Shown: positions 46,847 to 56,142 of the stretch, piece after piece | How positions within the stretch are numbered: position 1 is the first letter of the stretch | Layout of the letters: each line of letters opens with the position of its first letter | From: Thermodesulfobacteriota bacterium | GTDB taxonomy: Bacteria; Desulfobacterota; Desulfobacteria; Desulfobacterales; SURF-7 | Assembly: GCA_049320885.1 (NCBI GenBank) | Contig: JBMORA010000001.1 | Span: 417,307 to 481,306 of the forward strand | Direction: 5' to 3' | DNA length: 64,000 nucleotides | Made by a program: the position numbers and the translations under genes | The notes under the pieces: generated by a model | Database searches by the model: none | What the model saw: the letters and a program-made list of their open reading frames with translations, nothing else | Told to the model about the DNA's origin: nothing

Positions 46847-48364
46847 TTAATTATCGAGCGTCACCCGCAGCACTTCCTCAATGGTGGTGATGCCGGCCTT
46901 GACTTTGCGCCAGCCGTCTTCCCGCAGCGTGATGACGCCTTTTTCCTGGGCGATCTTCTTGATGCGCTCGGTGCTGGACCGGTTGGTGATCTCCCGCCGG
47001 ATATCTTCATCCACCCCGATGTATTCAAAGATACCGATTCGGCCGCGATAGCCGGTAAAATGGCAGGTTTCACAACCCGCGCCGCTGAAAAAACGGATTC
47101 CAGCCAGTTCCTTCGGCTGAATGCGCATGGGGCGCAATAATTTGTCATCCGGCCGGGTCTCTTCTTTACAGTCCGCACAAATGACCCGGACGAGTCTCTG
47201 GGCCAGGATCCCGAGCAGGGTGGAACTGAGCAGAAAATGCTCGACCCCCATGTCCATCAGACGCGTGATGGCGCCGGCCGCGTCATTGGTGTGCAGGGTG
47301 CTGAACAGCAGATGCCCGGTCAGGGCGGATTGAATGGCGATCTGGGCCGTCTCCTGGTCGCGGATTTCACCCACCAGAATGATATCCGGGTCCTGCCGGA
47401 CGATGGAGCGCAGTCCGTTCGCGAAATTCAGGCCGATTTTTGGATTGACCTGCAGTTGATTCACCCCCATCAATTGATATTCCACCGGATCTTCCAATGT
47501 GATGATTTTGCTTTTGGGCGAGTTGATCCGCTCCAGGGTGGCATATAAAGTCGATGTCTTTCCGCTTCCGGTGGGCCCCGTCACCAGGATCATACCGTAG
47601 GGCTGACGGATAATGTCCAGATAGCTTTCCAGAATGTCTTCGGGAAAGCCGATGGCGTGGAAATCCAGGACCAGGGAACCGCGATCCAGGATACGCATGA
47701 CCAGGCTCTCACCGAACAGAGTCGGCAGGGTCGAAACCCGGAAATCGATTTCCCGTTCGGCGATCTTGATTTTAATCCGGCCGTCCTGGGGCAGGCGCCT
47801 TTCGGCGATGTCCAGCTTGGCCATGATTTTCACGCGGGAAATGATGGCGGCCTGCAACCGCACCGGAGGAGACTCGGTCTCGTGGAGGATACCGTCGATA
47901 CGATACCGCACCTTGAAGGCATTTTCGAACGGTTCGAAATGAATATCGCTGGCCCGCTGCTCGATGGCGTTCAGGATCAGGCGGTTCACCAGGCGAATGA
48001 TCGGCGCTTCGGACGCCAGATCGCGCAGATGGTCGGCGTCCTCGTCCATGTAGGAAGTCAGGTCCTCCACATTTTTCCCGGCTTCCTCAATGATCATGTC
48101 CATGCTCTGGCTGCCGGCGCCGTACAAACGGTCGATGGCATCCTGGATATCCTCCGGTTTTCCAGGGCAGGTCTCAATCCGAAAGCCATAGGCGAAAGCG
48201 AGGGCTTCAACCGTATAAAAATCGCCCGGGTCCGCCATGGCGATTCGCAGGATATCGCCATCCAGATGGATCGGCACGAAACCGGACGTCTTCATGAACT
48301 TGATCGACAGGTTGTCGATCACCACGGGCTCCTTGGGGTAGTCGGCTGAGGATAATGGGGTCAT
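46847..48364 (-). CDS. gspE: T2SS ATPase E
   Basis: ASDIHFEP, GPTGSGKT, RQDPDIILVGEIRD, CADC...CETC zinc motif. Confidence 0.96.
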   Translation of the reverse strand: MTPLSSADYPKEPVVIDNLSIKFMKTSGFVPIHLDGDILRIAMADPGDFYTVEALAFAYGFRIETCPGKPEDIQDAIDRLYGAGSQSMDMIIEEAGKNVEDLTSYMDEDADHLRDLASEAPIIRLVNRLILNAIEQRASDIHFEPFENAFKVRYRIDGILHETESPPVRLQAAIISRVKIMAKLDIAERRLPQDGRIKIKIAEREIDFRVSTLPTLFGESLVMRILDRGSLVLDFHAIGFPEDILESYLDIIRQPYGMILVTGPTGSGKTSTLYATLERINSPKSKIITLEDPVEYQLMGVNQLQVNPKIGLNFANGLRSIVRQDPDIILVGEIRDQETAQIAIQSALTGHLLFSTLHTNDAAGAITRLMDMGVEHFLLSSTLLGILAQRLVRVICADCKEETRPDDKLLRPMRIQPKELAGIRFFSGAGCETCHFTGYRGRIGIFEYIGVDEDIRREITNRSSTERIKKIAQEKGVITLREDGWRKVKAGITTIEEVLRVTLDN

Positions 48365-48756
48365 GTCCGTCTTTACTTTCGTCCCGGTTACAGATAATAG
48401 CTCCGCTTTTCAGCCGGACGGCTTCGACGCGCAGTTCTTCCAACCTCGTGAATCCTTCTTCCGGAAGAGTGGTAATGATCTCGTCTCCAGAACAAGGCGA
48501 CAGCTCCGCATCCTGCTTTCCAGGCCGTTCGTGCGTCCATCCATTGACCATGAATGCCCAGGCTTGTCAAGAAAATAGAGCCATCAACGATCCAAACCAG
48601 AACCTGCGGATTATCTTACATTTTTTTCAGGAAAAGTCCATCCCAATCAACGATCCGGAACCCCGGCCGCCCGGGAATGAAACCAACGGCCGGTCAGCCG
48701 GGCTCTGAAGGCTTCGGCCGAACCCTCAGGGCCGCTGCCAAGGAATTGCATCCGCC

Positions 48757-48785
48757 TTGACACGCCGACGCCTTTTGCATATACT
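48757..48785 (+). promoter_or_regulatory. Sigma70-type promoter for the FecR/CHASE2 operon
   Basis: TTGACA-17 bp-TATACT, 53 bp before ATG 48838. Confidence 0.7.
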
Positions 48786-48837
48786 CGTCTATAATCTTTT
48801 TTTTACCAATATATATAATAATTTACGTCGGTGAACC

Positions 48838-51800
48838 ATGAACAGACAACAACTCCCGGTCATCCTGTTATTCCTGTTCTTTTTACCCGCCCTTATTTCC
48901 GCGGCAGACAAGATCGAACGCGACGACGTTCCAAAAAGCGCCGAAATCATCTCGGTGGCGGGGGAAGGCTGGATGCGTTTTGTCACCGCCACCGACTGGC
49001 AGGCCGCCGTCCGGGACCAGGCCCTGTCCGCCGGCGATGCCATCCGGACCGGCGACCACGGCCGGATGGGCCTCCTGTTCACCGACGGCATTCAGATCAA
49101 GGTGAATCGCAACACCCTGCTGGCCATCCAGGATCGCCAGGGCAAGGCCCCGCAAGGGAGCTGGCCCCTGACCCTGAATCTCCGGATCGGTGAAATCTGG
49201 AGCCGGTCGAAAACCATCCCGGACGGCATGCGGGTGGAAACCCCCTCCGCCACGGCCGCCATCCGGGGTACGGACTGGGATATCCTGGTGGATGAACAGG
49301 GACGCAGCTATCTGACCGTCATCCGGGGCTCCGTGGAACTCGGCAACGATTTCGGCCGGATCACGGTGGGGCGCGGCGAACAGGCCCTGGCGGAACCGGG
49401 ACAACCGCCCCGCAAAACCATGCTCTTCACGCCCGCCGAACGCATTCAATGGACCTATCCGGCGGATATCGACCTGATCCGGTTTGTGGTTTTCCACTCC
49501 CACCGGACCGCTGAAATCAACGCGAAACTGGTTCCGGTCAGCGCGGCCCTGGAAAAAAATCCCGAGGATGCGGCGGCGCGCCTGTGGCTGGCGGGGCTGC
49601 TGTTCGATCTGGGGTCCCTGGATGACAGTCTCAGCCGGTTCGACGAGATCCTGAAAACCGAGCCCCGCAACCCCTCCGCCCTGGTGTACAAAGGGATGAT
49701 CCTGCTCAAAAAAGGTGCAACACCCGATACCGCCTCGGCGTTGTTCGATCAGGCCCTGGCCGTTGCGACAAGCCCCGAGGCCCTGGTGGGAAAAGCGGAA
49801 GCCTTGCTGAGGGAGAACCGCTGGCAGGAGGCCTATGCCCTCCTGCGGACGGCGGAGGATGCGGGCAACAAGCCCATCGCCGGCCTGGCCATGGCGGCCG
49901 CCCTGGCCTATACCGGCAGTTATCCGGAAGCGGAGAAAACCTGCCGGGAATACCGGAAACGCCATCCCGGCGACGAACGCTTCCCGGTGCTGCTGGGTTC
50001 CCTTTACGTCGCCATGGATGAATTGGGGAGAGCCCGGGAGGAAATCAAAACCACCCTGGCCGACCACCCGGATTACGGACCGGCTTTTACCGTGCTGGCC
50101 GCCATCGAATACCTGGAAGGGAATGCCGCGGAAGCGGAAGCGGCCTCCCGCAAAGCCCTGGAACTCAACCCCGCGGATCCCGCCGCCAAGGTTTCCCTCG
50201 GCGTGGTGCTGACGGAAACAGGTCATTATGAAGAGGCCCGGGAAACCCTCGACGAGGCCGTGGCCTTGAATCCCGGGAATCCCCTGGCCAATGCCGAGAG
50301 GGGTCTGTTGAACCTGCTGACCGAACGGACCGCCGAGGCCCGCAGCGATCTGGACGCGGCCTATGCCGCCGACCCCACCTATCATCCGGCCCTCAACTGC
50401 AAGGCCCTGGCCCTGCTCAAGGAAGGAGAAACCGACGCGGCCATCGACCTGCTGCTGGCCTCCGGGGTGATCGAACCCAAGCGTTCCCAGACCCACAGTT
50501 TCCTGGCGGTGGCCTACCATCAGAAAAGAGAATTCGAGAAGGCTCTGGCGGAAATCGAACTGGCCGCGGAGCTGGATCCCCGGGACAGCCTGCCCCACCT
50601 CATCGCCAACTACATTCATCAGGATACCTACCGGCCCTTCGAAGCCATCACCGCCTCCCGGAAGGCCCTGGAACTGCTTCCCTATCAGAAAAGCCTGAAC
50701 GTCATCGAGGACACCAGGGCCGGAACGGCCAACGTGGGCTCGGCGCTGCTGGGACTGGGCATGAACGAATGGGCCGACAGTTTCGCCCAGGAAGGCTATG
50801 ACACCTTCCGGCCCTCCAGCCATTTCCAGTCCTCCAGACGCTATCATGACAACCACTACGTCAATGCCAGCGAGCTGCTCCAGGGGTTGATCCTGGACCC
50901 CATGGCCAACTATTCCCCCATGGGATACAGCGACATCATCCGGCGGCCCCGGCATGACGCCGGCCTGAGCGCCTCCGTCGGCGATACGGGCGCCGGCGTT
51001 TCCAAAGATGTCAATGCCGCAATCCAGGGCTATGTCCGCAGCCCCATGGAGATCGCCTACGCCCTTTCGGTCCAGGCCAACGATTTGGACGGGGAAGAAA
51101 ACAACGATTTCTCAAGGGGGGGGACGATGGCCGCCGGAATCGGTATCCGACCCGATTATCGCAACGCCTTTCATATCGGCCTGAGCGCCTCCCACCAGAA
51201 CAGCGGCGATCCCGGCTCGGAAACCAAGCCGGACCCGGACGACGAAATCACCTACGACAATTATACCGCCGATCTGGGATACACCCATCGTTTCGGCGTC
51301 CGCAACCGTCTCCTCTGCCGGGGCGCCTATGACAACAACAACATGGAAAAAACCAACCCCTACCCCTTCGGTTCCGGCATGGGGGCCTTTGAAACCTCCT
51401 TCATTACGGCCGGCTATACCCCGGAGGAAACCCAGGAGTTTTTCCGGCAGGGGGTCTACGATATCAGCGGGTACATGGGCGGCGAGGAAATCAGCCTGGC
51501 CACGGATTCCACCGGCACCCTGGCGGCGGATCCCCTGGTGAATCGACTGGCCTATGCGTTTCCGGCCGTGTACGACGACGATGTCCGCCGGCTGGACGGC
51601 TATGAAACCGCCTCCTCGGCCTTTCAGGCCCGGCACATCCTGGCCGCGGCAGACCATGAGCTGAGCTGGGGCCTGGAATACGTACCCTTCCGGGTGGACC
51701 ACCAGCTGATCTACAACGAACTCCTCCAGGGAAACCAGGACATTCTGTTTTACGAAGACCCGCTGGTGGATCCCGAAGCCTATGCCTGGCGCTTTCCCCT

Positions 51801-52629
51801 GCTGTCCGCTGCCGAAACCTCCACTCGGACAATCGAGGAAAACAGCACCGCCATGATCTATGCGGCCGACCGCTGGACCCCCACCGACCGGATTCTGGTG
51901 GACGCCGGCCTGTTCGGCGAACAGTACGACGACACTTACAACGACGACCGCCGGCTCTACCCGCGGATCGGAACGGCCGTCCGGCTCCCCGCGGACCATG
52001 TGCTGCGCTGCGCCTATCAGCAATGGCTGGAGAAACCGACCATCGGCACCCTCTCGCCCCTGGCAACGGCCGGGCTGGTCCCCGACAACAGCCTGGGCCT
52101 GTTGGGCTCCCGGATCGAGGATTTCCAGGCCCGCTTCGAATCCAGGTGGACCGACCGGCTGTTCACGGTGATCGGCGCCGAACTGTCGGAAATCATCGAC
52201 CCGGAGGCGGAAATCGATCTACTGAAACGGGAACTTTACCTCCACAAGGCCGGCCTGGCCGTCAACGCCATCCTGACGGACCAGCTGGGCGCCTATGCCC
52301 GGTTTTCCTACGCCGCCGGTGAATACACGGAAGGAATTTTCAAGGATCTGCCCCTGCAGTATCTACCCGAACGCCAGGCCTCCGGCGGCCTGGTCTGGGT
52401 GTCTCCCCGGTATGTCAAGACGGTGATTTCCGAAAACTACATCGGCCGTCAATACACGGGATATTCCCGCGAGTCGAAGCTGCCGGAATACTACACCACC
52501 GATCTGCGGGTGATCTGGGAACCCCTCGGGAAACGGGCGGTCTTCACCGTTTCCGTGCTGAACCTCTTCAACCAGGGGTATCCGGCCCCGGACAGAACCC
52601 TGCTCTGCAGCGCCGGAGTCCGGTTCTGA
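48838..52629 (+). CDS. Exported FecR-domain, TPR and outer-membrane beta-barrel fusion
   Basis: Signal peptide; GDAIRTG...ETPSATAAIRGT FecR domain; many TPR units; TBDR-like barrel ending NLFN...GVRF. Confidence 0.82.
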   Translation: MNRQQLPVILLFLFFLPALISAADKIERDDVPKSAEIISVAGEGWMRFVTATDWQAAVRDQALSAGDAIRTGDHGRMGLLFTDGIQIKVNRNTLLAIQDRQGKAPQGSWPLTLNLRIGEIWSRSKTIPDGMRVETPSATAAIRGTDWDILVDEQGRSYLTVIRGSVELGNDFGRITVGRGEQALAEPGQPPRKTMLFTPAERIQWTYPADIDLIRFVVFHSHRTAEINAKLVPVSAALEKNPEDAAARLWLAGLLFDLGSLDDSLSRFDEILKTEPRNPSALVYKGMILLKKGATPDTASALFDQALAVATSPEALVGKAEALLRENRWQEAYALLRTAEDAGNKPIAGLAMAAALAYTGSYPEAEKTCREYRKRHPGDERFPVLLGSLYVAMDELGRAREEIKTTLADHPDYGPAFTVLAAIEYLEGNAAEAEAASRKALELNPADPAAKVSLGVVLTETGHYEEARETLDEAVALNPGNPLANAERGLLNLLTERTAEARSDLDAAYAADPTYHPALNCKALALLKEGETDAAIDLLLASGVIEPKRSQTHSFLAVAYHQKREFEKALAEIELAAELDPRDSLPHLIANYIHQDTYRPFEAITASRKALELLPYQKSLNVIEDTRAGTANVGSALLGLGMNEWADSFAQEGYDTFRPSSHFQSSRRYHDNHYVNASELLQGLILDPMANYSPMGYSDIIRRPRHDAGLSASVGDTGAGVSKDVNAAIQGYVRSPMEIAYALSVQANDLDGEENNDFSRGGTMAAGIGIRPDYRNAFHIGLSASHQNSGDPGSETKPDPDDEITYDNYTADLGYTHRFGVRNRLLCRGAYDNNNMEKTNPYPFGSGMGAFETSFITAGYTPEETQEFFRQGVYDISGYMGGEEISLATDSTGTLAADPLVNRLAYAFPAVYDDDVRRLDGYETASSAFQARHILAAADHELSWGLEYVPFRVDHQLIYNELLQGNQDILFYEDPLVDPEAYAWRFPLLSAAETSTRTIEENSTAMIYAADRWTPTDRILVDAGLFGEQYDDTYNDDRRLYPRIGTAVRLPADHVLRCAYQQWLEKPTIGTLSPLATAGLVPDNSLGLLGSRIEDFQARFESRWTDRLFTVIGAELSEIIDPEAEIDLLKRELYLHKAGLAVNAILTDQLGAYARFSYAAGEYTEGIFKDLPLQYLPERQASGGLVWVSPRYVKTVISENYIGRQYTGYSRESKLPEYYTTDLRVIWEPLGKRAVFTVSVLNLFNQGYPAPDRTLLCSAGVRF

Positions 52630-54422
52630 TGACTTTCAAAGGCCTGAAGCCCCACGCCGTCGCCGGAAGTCTACTGGCGGTGCTGCTGGGCCTGTCTTCC
52701 CCGCTCGGCCTTATGAAATCCGCGGACCGGGTCTTCTATGATCTCTGCCACCCGGATCAGGCGGCAAGCCGGCGATCGGATCCAGACGTGATTGAAGACA
52801 TCGTCATCGTGGCCATCGATCAGCCGTCCTTCGACGAACTCAATATGCAATGGCCCTGGCCCCGCAGCCTGCATGCCCGCCTGATCGACACCCTCACCCG
52901 GGAGGAAGCGGCCGTCATCGCCCTGGATCTGCTCTTCGACAGGCCGACGTCGGCAGCCCAAGACCAGGCCCTGGCCGGTTCCATCGCCGCCTCCGGGCGG
53001 GTGGTGCTGGCCTCCGCCGAAGAGCCGCAGAAGGGCGCCGGCTTTTCCGGCACCGTGCTGGTGCGCCCCATGGATATGCTGCGCCGCCATGCGGCGGTGG
53101 GACTGGCCACGGTCCCCCTGGATCCGGACAATGTGGTGCGGCGGTATTACGATCTGCCGCCGGAGGAAAGCAGCTTCGCCGGCGCGACGGCCGGCCGGTT
53201 TTCCGGAACGGCCATCCGCCCCGCGGCGGGCGCCTATATTCCGTATGCGGGACCGCCCTACACTTTTCAGACGATATCCTATTACCAGGCCCTTTCCCCC
53301 GAGGAATTTCTACCACCGGATTTCTTCAAGAACAAAATCGTGCTGGTGGGCCTGTCAGTGAAAACCACGGCCGGCAAGGACCGCCCGGACACCTTCGCCA
53401 CCCCCTATCAGCGCTCCGGCGCCGCCGATTACATGAGCGGGGTGGAAGTCCAGGCCAACATGATCGCCGGCCTCCTGCGGCGGAACTGGATCACCACGGC
53501 CGGGCCGTCCGCCGCATGCCTCCTGGTGGTACTCTCCGCTGTGGCCGGCAGCCTGCTCCAGGCCGGCTGGCGCCCCGTCAAAAGCGCCATGCTTGCGGCC
53601 GGCGCCGCTCTCGCATATCTCTCCGCCGCTTTCATCTGCCTGCGGTGGGCAGGACTGCTCATTCCGGCAACCCTGCCCCTTGCGGCGTTCATCCTGCCCT
53701 ATGGTCTGTTCGGCGGACGGGCCTACCTCCAGGGCGAAAAACGCCGCCGGGAAATCCGCAACGCTTTTTCCAAATATCTTTCCCCCGCCATTCTCCAGGT
53801 GGTGCTGGACAACCCCGGCGCCCTGGAGCTGGGGGGCCGGAAACGCCTGGTGACGGTTTTTTTCTCCGATCTGGCGGGGTTCACCACCATATCCGAAAAG
53901 CTGGCGCCCGAGGAGGTGGCGGCTTTTCTGAACCGCTATTTCGACGTCATGACGGAGATCATTTTTCAGCACAAGGGGACGGTGGACAAATTCATCGGCG
54001 ACGCCATCATGGCCTTCTGGGGCGCGCCGGTTGCGGATCCGGATCACAGCGTCAACGCCTGCCGGGCGGCCCTTGCCATGCAGGCCCGCATGGAGTCCCT
54101 GCGCCGGGACATGCAGGCGGAGGGCATGCCCGCGCTTTCCATGCGCATCGGGCTGAACACCGGCGAAGCCATCGTCGGCAACATGGGGTCATCCCGGCTG
54201 TTCAATTATTCCCTGCTGGGCGACACGGTCAACCTGGCCTCCCGGCTGGAAGGCGCCAACAAGGAGTTCGGCACCGCCATTCTCATCAGCCGGTCCGTGG
54301 TGGACCATGCCGGCGGCAAAATCGTAGTAAAATCCCTGGGGGATATCCGGGTGAAAGGCAAGGCGGAGGCCACCGCGGTGTTCGAATTGACCGGAATGTC
54401 ACCGGAGGAGGCCCGGGAATAA
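52629..54422 (+). CDS. CHASE2-domain class III adenylate cyclase
   Basis: IVAID...WPWPRSLHA, TPY...MSGVEVQA, 3 TM, FSDLAGFT, DKFIGDAIMA, GDTVNLASRLE. Confidence 0.93.
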   Translation: MTFKGLKPHAVAGSLLAVLLGLSSPLGLMKSADRVFYDLCHPDQAASRRSDPDVIEDIVIVAIDQPSFDELNMQWPWPRSLHARLIDTLTREEAAVIALDLLFDRPTSAAQDQALAGSIAASGRVVLASAEEPQKGAGFSGTVLVRPMDMLRRHAAVGLATVPLDPDNVVRRYYDLPPEESSFAGATAGRFSGTAIRPAAGAYIPYAGPPYTFQTISYYQALSPEEFLPPDFFKNKIVLVGLSVKTTAGKDRPDTFATPYQRSGAADYMSGVEVQANMIAGLLRRNWITTAGPSAACLLVVLSAVAGSLLQAGWRPVKSAMLAAGAALAYLSAAFICLRWAGLLIPATLPLAAFILPYGLFGGRAYLQGEKRRREIRNAFSKYLSPAILQVVLDNPGALELGGRKRLVTVFFSDLAGFTTISEKLAPEEVAAFLNRYFDVMTEIIFQHKGTVDKFIGDAIMAFWGAPVADPDHSVNACRAALAMQARMESLRRDMQAEGMPALSMRIGLNTGEAIVGNMGSSRLFNYSLLGDTVNLASRLEGANKEFGTAILISRSVVDHAGGKIVVKSLGDIRVKGKAEATAVFELTGMSPEEARE

Positions 54423-54448
54423 GGAGGGAACCCCGGCTCCCTGCCGCT

Positions 54449-55225
54449 CTACATTTCCGAATCCCGGACATTTTCATTGAACAGCAACACGCTGATCCGC
54501 CTGTTCTTCGGATCATAGGGATCGGCTTTGTTCAGGGGCCGCGCGGAGGCGAAGCCCGAGACCCGGACGATGCGGCCGGAATCCACCCCGCTCTGGCCCA
54601 GGATCCGCCTGGCCATGGAAGCCCGGTCGGTGGACAGTTCCCAGTTGGTGTACTCATCGCCGCTGTATTTCACCGCGTCGGTGTGGCCTTCGATGGCGAT
54701 GCTGTTGGGCAGGTCCTTGATGCTGACGCCGATTTCCGACAGGATTTTCTGGCCGATGGGCGTGGGCGCGGAACTGCCCGAATCGAAAAGCGCCTTGTCT
54801 TCCTTGTGGGTGGCCTCGATTCTCACGCCCTGATCGAACACTTCGACGATGATCTGGTCCTTCAGCTCCGCCAGGGCGTCCTCCAGGTGGCTGGACAGCA
54901 TCTCGGCGATTTCCTCATCCGATTGGACATCGCCCAGGGTGGCGCTCTGGTGTTCGGGGGGCACCTGTTCGGACTGGCCGGGAACATCGGAAACGCCTTT
55001 GTAGTCGAACAGGCTGAATTCTTTGAAATATCCTGCTAAATGTTCTTTCTGTTCCTTCGAAGCCGCCGAAATCAGCCACATCAGCAGAAAGAAGGCCATC
55101 ATGGCCGTGACGAAATCGGCATAGGCCACCTTCCAGCTGCCGCCATGGTGCCCGCCGTGGCCGCCCTTCTGGATTTTCTTGATGATGATGGGTTTGTTGC
55201 CCCCTTCCTTCTCATTTTTTTGCAC
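54449..55225 (-). CDS. motB: Flagellar-type stator protein B
   Basis: GSWKVAYADFVTAMMAFFLLMW; OmpA-like EGHTD, NWELS..RA, NRR. Confidence 0.93.
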   Translation of the reverse strand: MQKNEKEGGNKPIIIKKIQKGGHGGHHGGSWKVAYADFVTAMMAFFLLMWLISAASKEQKEHLAGYFKEFSLFDYKGVSDVPGQSEQVPPEHQSATLGDVQSDEEIAEMLSSHLEDALAELKDQIIVEVFDQGVRIEATHKEDKALFDSGSSAPTPIGQKILSEIGVSIKDLPNSIAIEGHTDAVKYSGDEYTNWELSTDRASMARRILGQSGVDSGRIVRVSGFASARPLNKADPYDPKNRRISVLLFNENVRDSEM

Positions 55226-56069
55226 TTTTCAATGCTCCTTCCAGCTCGTTGAATGAGGGCCGCTCGTGGGCGGGAATCGCCCGCCGGGCTGCTTCAATAA
55301 CCAGGGACGGATGCCAGTGATAGGAAAAAGCGATCAAGGCGGCTTTCACCACCCGATACACGATGGCTTCGTCATTATTCAGGTGTTCCATATGGGTGGC
55401 CATGGGGCCCACGAAACCGTAACAGGCAAGAATGCCCAAAAACGTGCCGACCAGGGCGGCGCCGATATGTTGGCCCAGGACTTCCGGTGGTTCGTTGATT
55501 TTCCCCATGGTGACCACCACCCCCAGCACCGCGGCGACGATCCCCAGCCCCGGAAGCGAATCCGCCACGTTGGTGATGGCTTTGGGATAGGCCTCCTCGT
55601 CCCGGTGCAAGGCATCAAGATCAATATCCATTATATTTTCAAATACATGTGGCTCTGGAGAGGTGGCGATATATATCTTGAAATTGTCACAGATGAAATT
55701 CAGGACTTCGTGCTTCTTGACGATGTTCGGGTATTTTGTAAAGATTTTGCTTTTTTCCGGCTGATTGACGTGCTCCTCCAGGCTGAGCAGGCCGTCCTTT
55801 CGCGAGAGCACCAGGAGTTCGTTGAAAAGCATCAGGACTTCCAGGTAATATTCCTTGGGCTTGGTTTTGCCGGAAAACACCCGGGAGATGCCTTTCAGGG
55901 ATCCGATGGCCGTCTTCTTGGGATTGGCGATCAGGAAGGAGCCGATGGCCGCACCGCCGATGATCACCAGTTCGGCGGGCTGAAACAGAATCGACAGGTT
56001 CCCATGTGCCATGAGATATCCGCCCACGATCATTCCGATAACGGTAACAATTCCGATAATGGGGAACAT
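55212..56069 (-). CDS. motA: Flagellar-type stator protein A
   Basis: QPAELVIIGGAA, RKDGLLSLE, PGLGIVAAVLGVV, GAALVGTFLGIL. Confidence 0.95.
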   Translation of the reverse strand: MFPIIGIVTVIGMIVGGYLMAHGNLSILFQPAELVIIGGAAIGSFLIANPKKTAIGSLKGISRVFSGKTKPKEYYLEVLMLFNELLVLSRKDGLLSLEEHVNQPEKSKIFTKYPNIVKKHEVLNFICDNFKIYIATSPEPHVFENIMDIDLDALHRDEEAYPKAITNVADSLPGLGIVAAVLGVVVTMGKINEPPEVLGQHIGAALVGTFLGILACYGFVGPMATHMEHLNNDEAIVYRVVKAALIAFSYHWHPSLVIEAARRAIPAHERPSFNELEGALKSAKK

Positions 56070-56142
56070 GCTGACTATTCCTTTTGTGAGGTGGTGCTTG
56101 AATGCGGATTGATGAATGAAGAACAGATTTTGAATTAAATTA

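Noticed and set aside
48365..48551. Frameshifted N-terminal extension of GspE
   Set aside because: Only faint resemblance to an N-terminal helical domain; cannot be supported without alignment.
54449..56069. Zorya anti-phage ZorAB
   Set aside because: MotA lacks the long ZorA tail, motifs are canonical flagellar type, and no zorC/D/E genes are adjacent.
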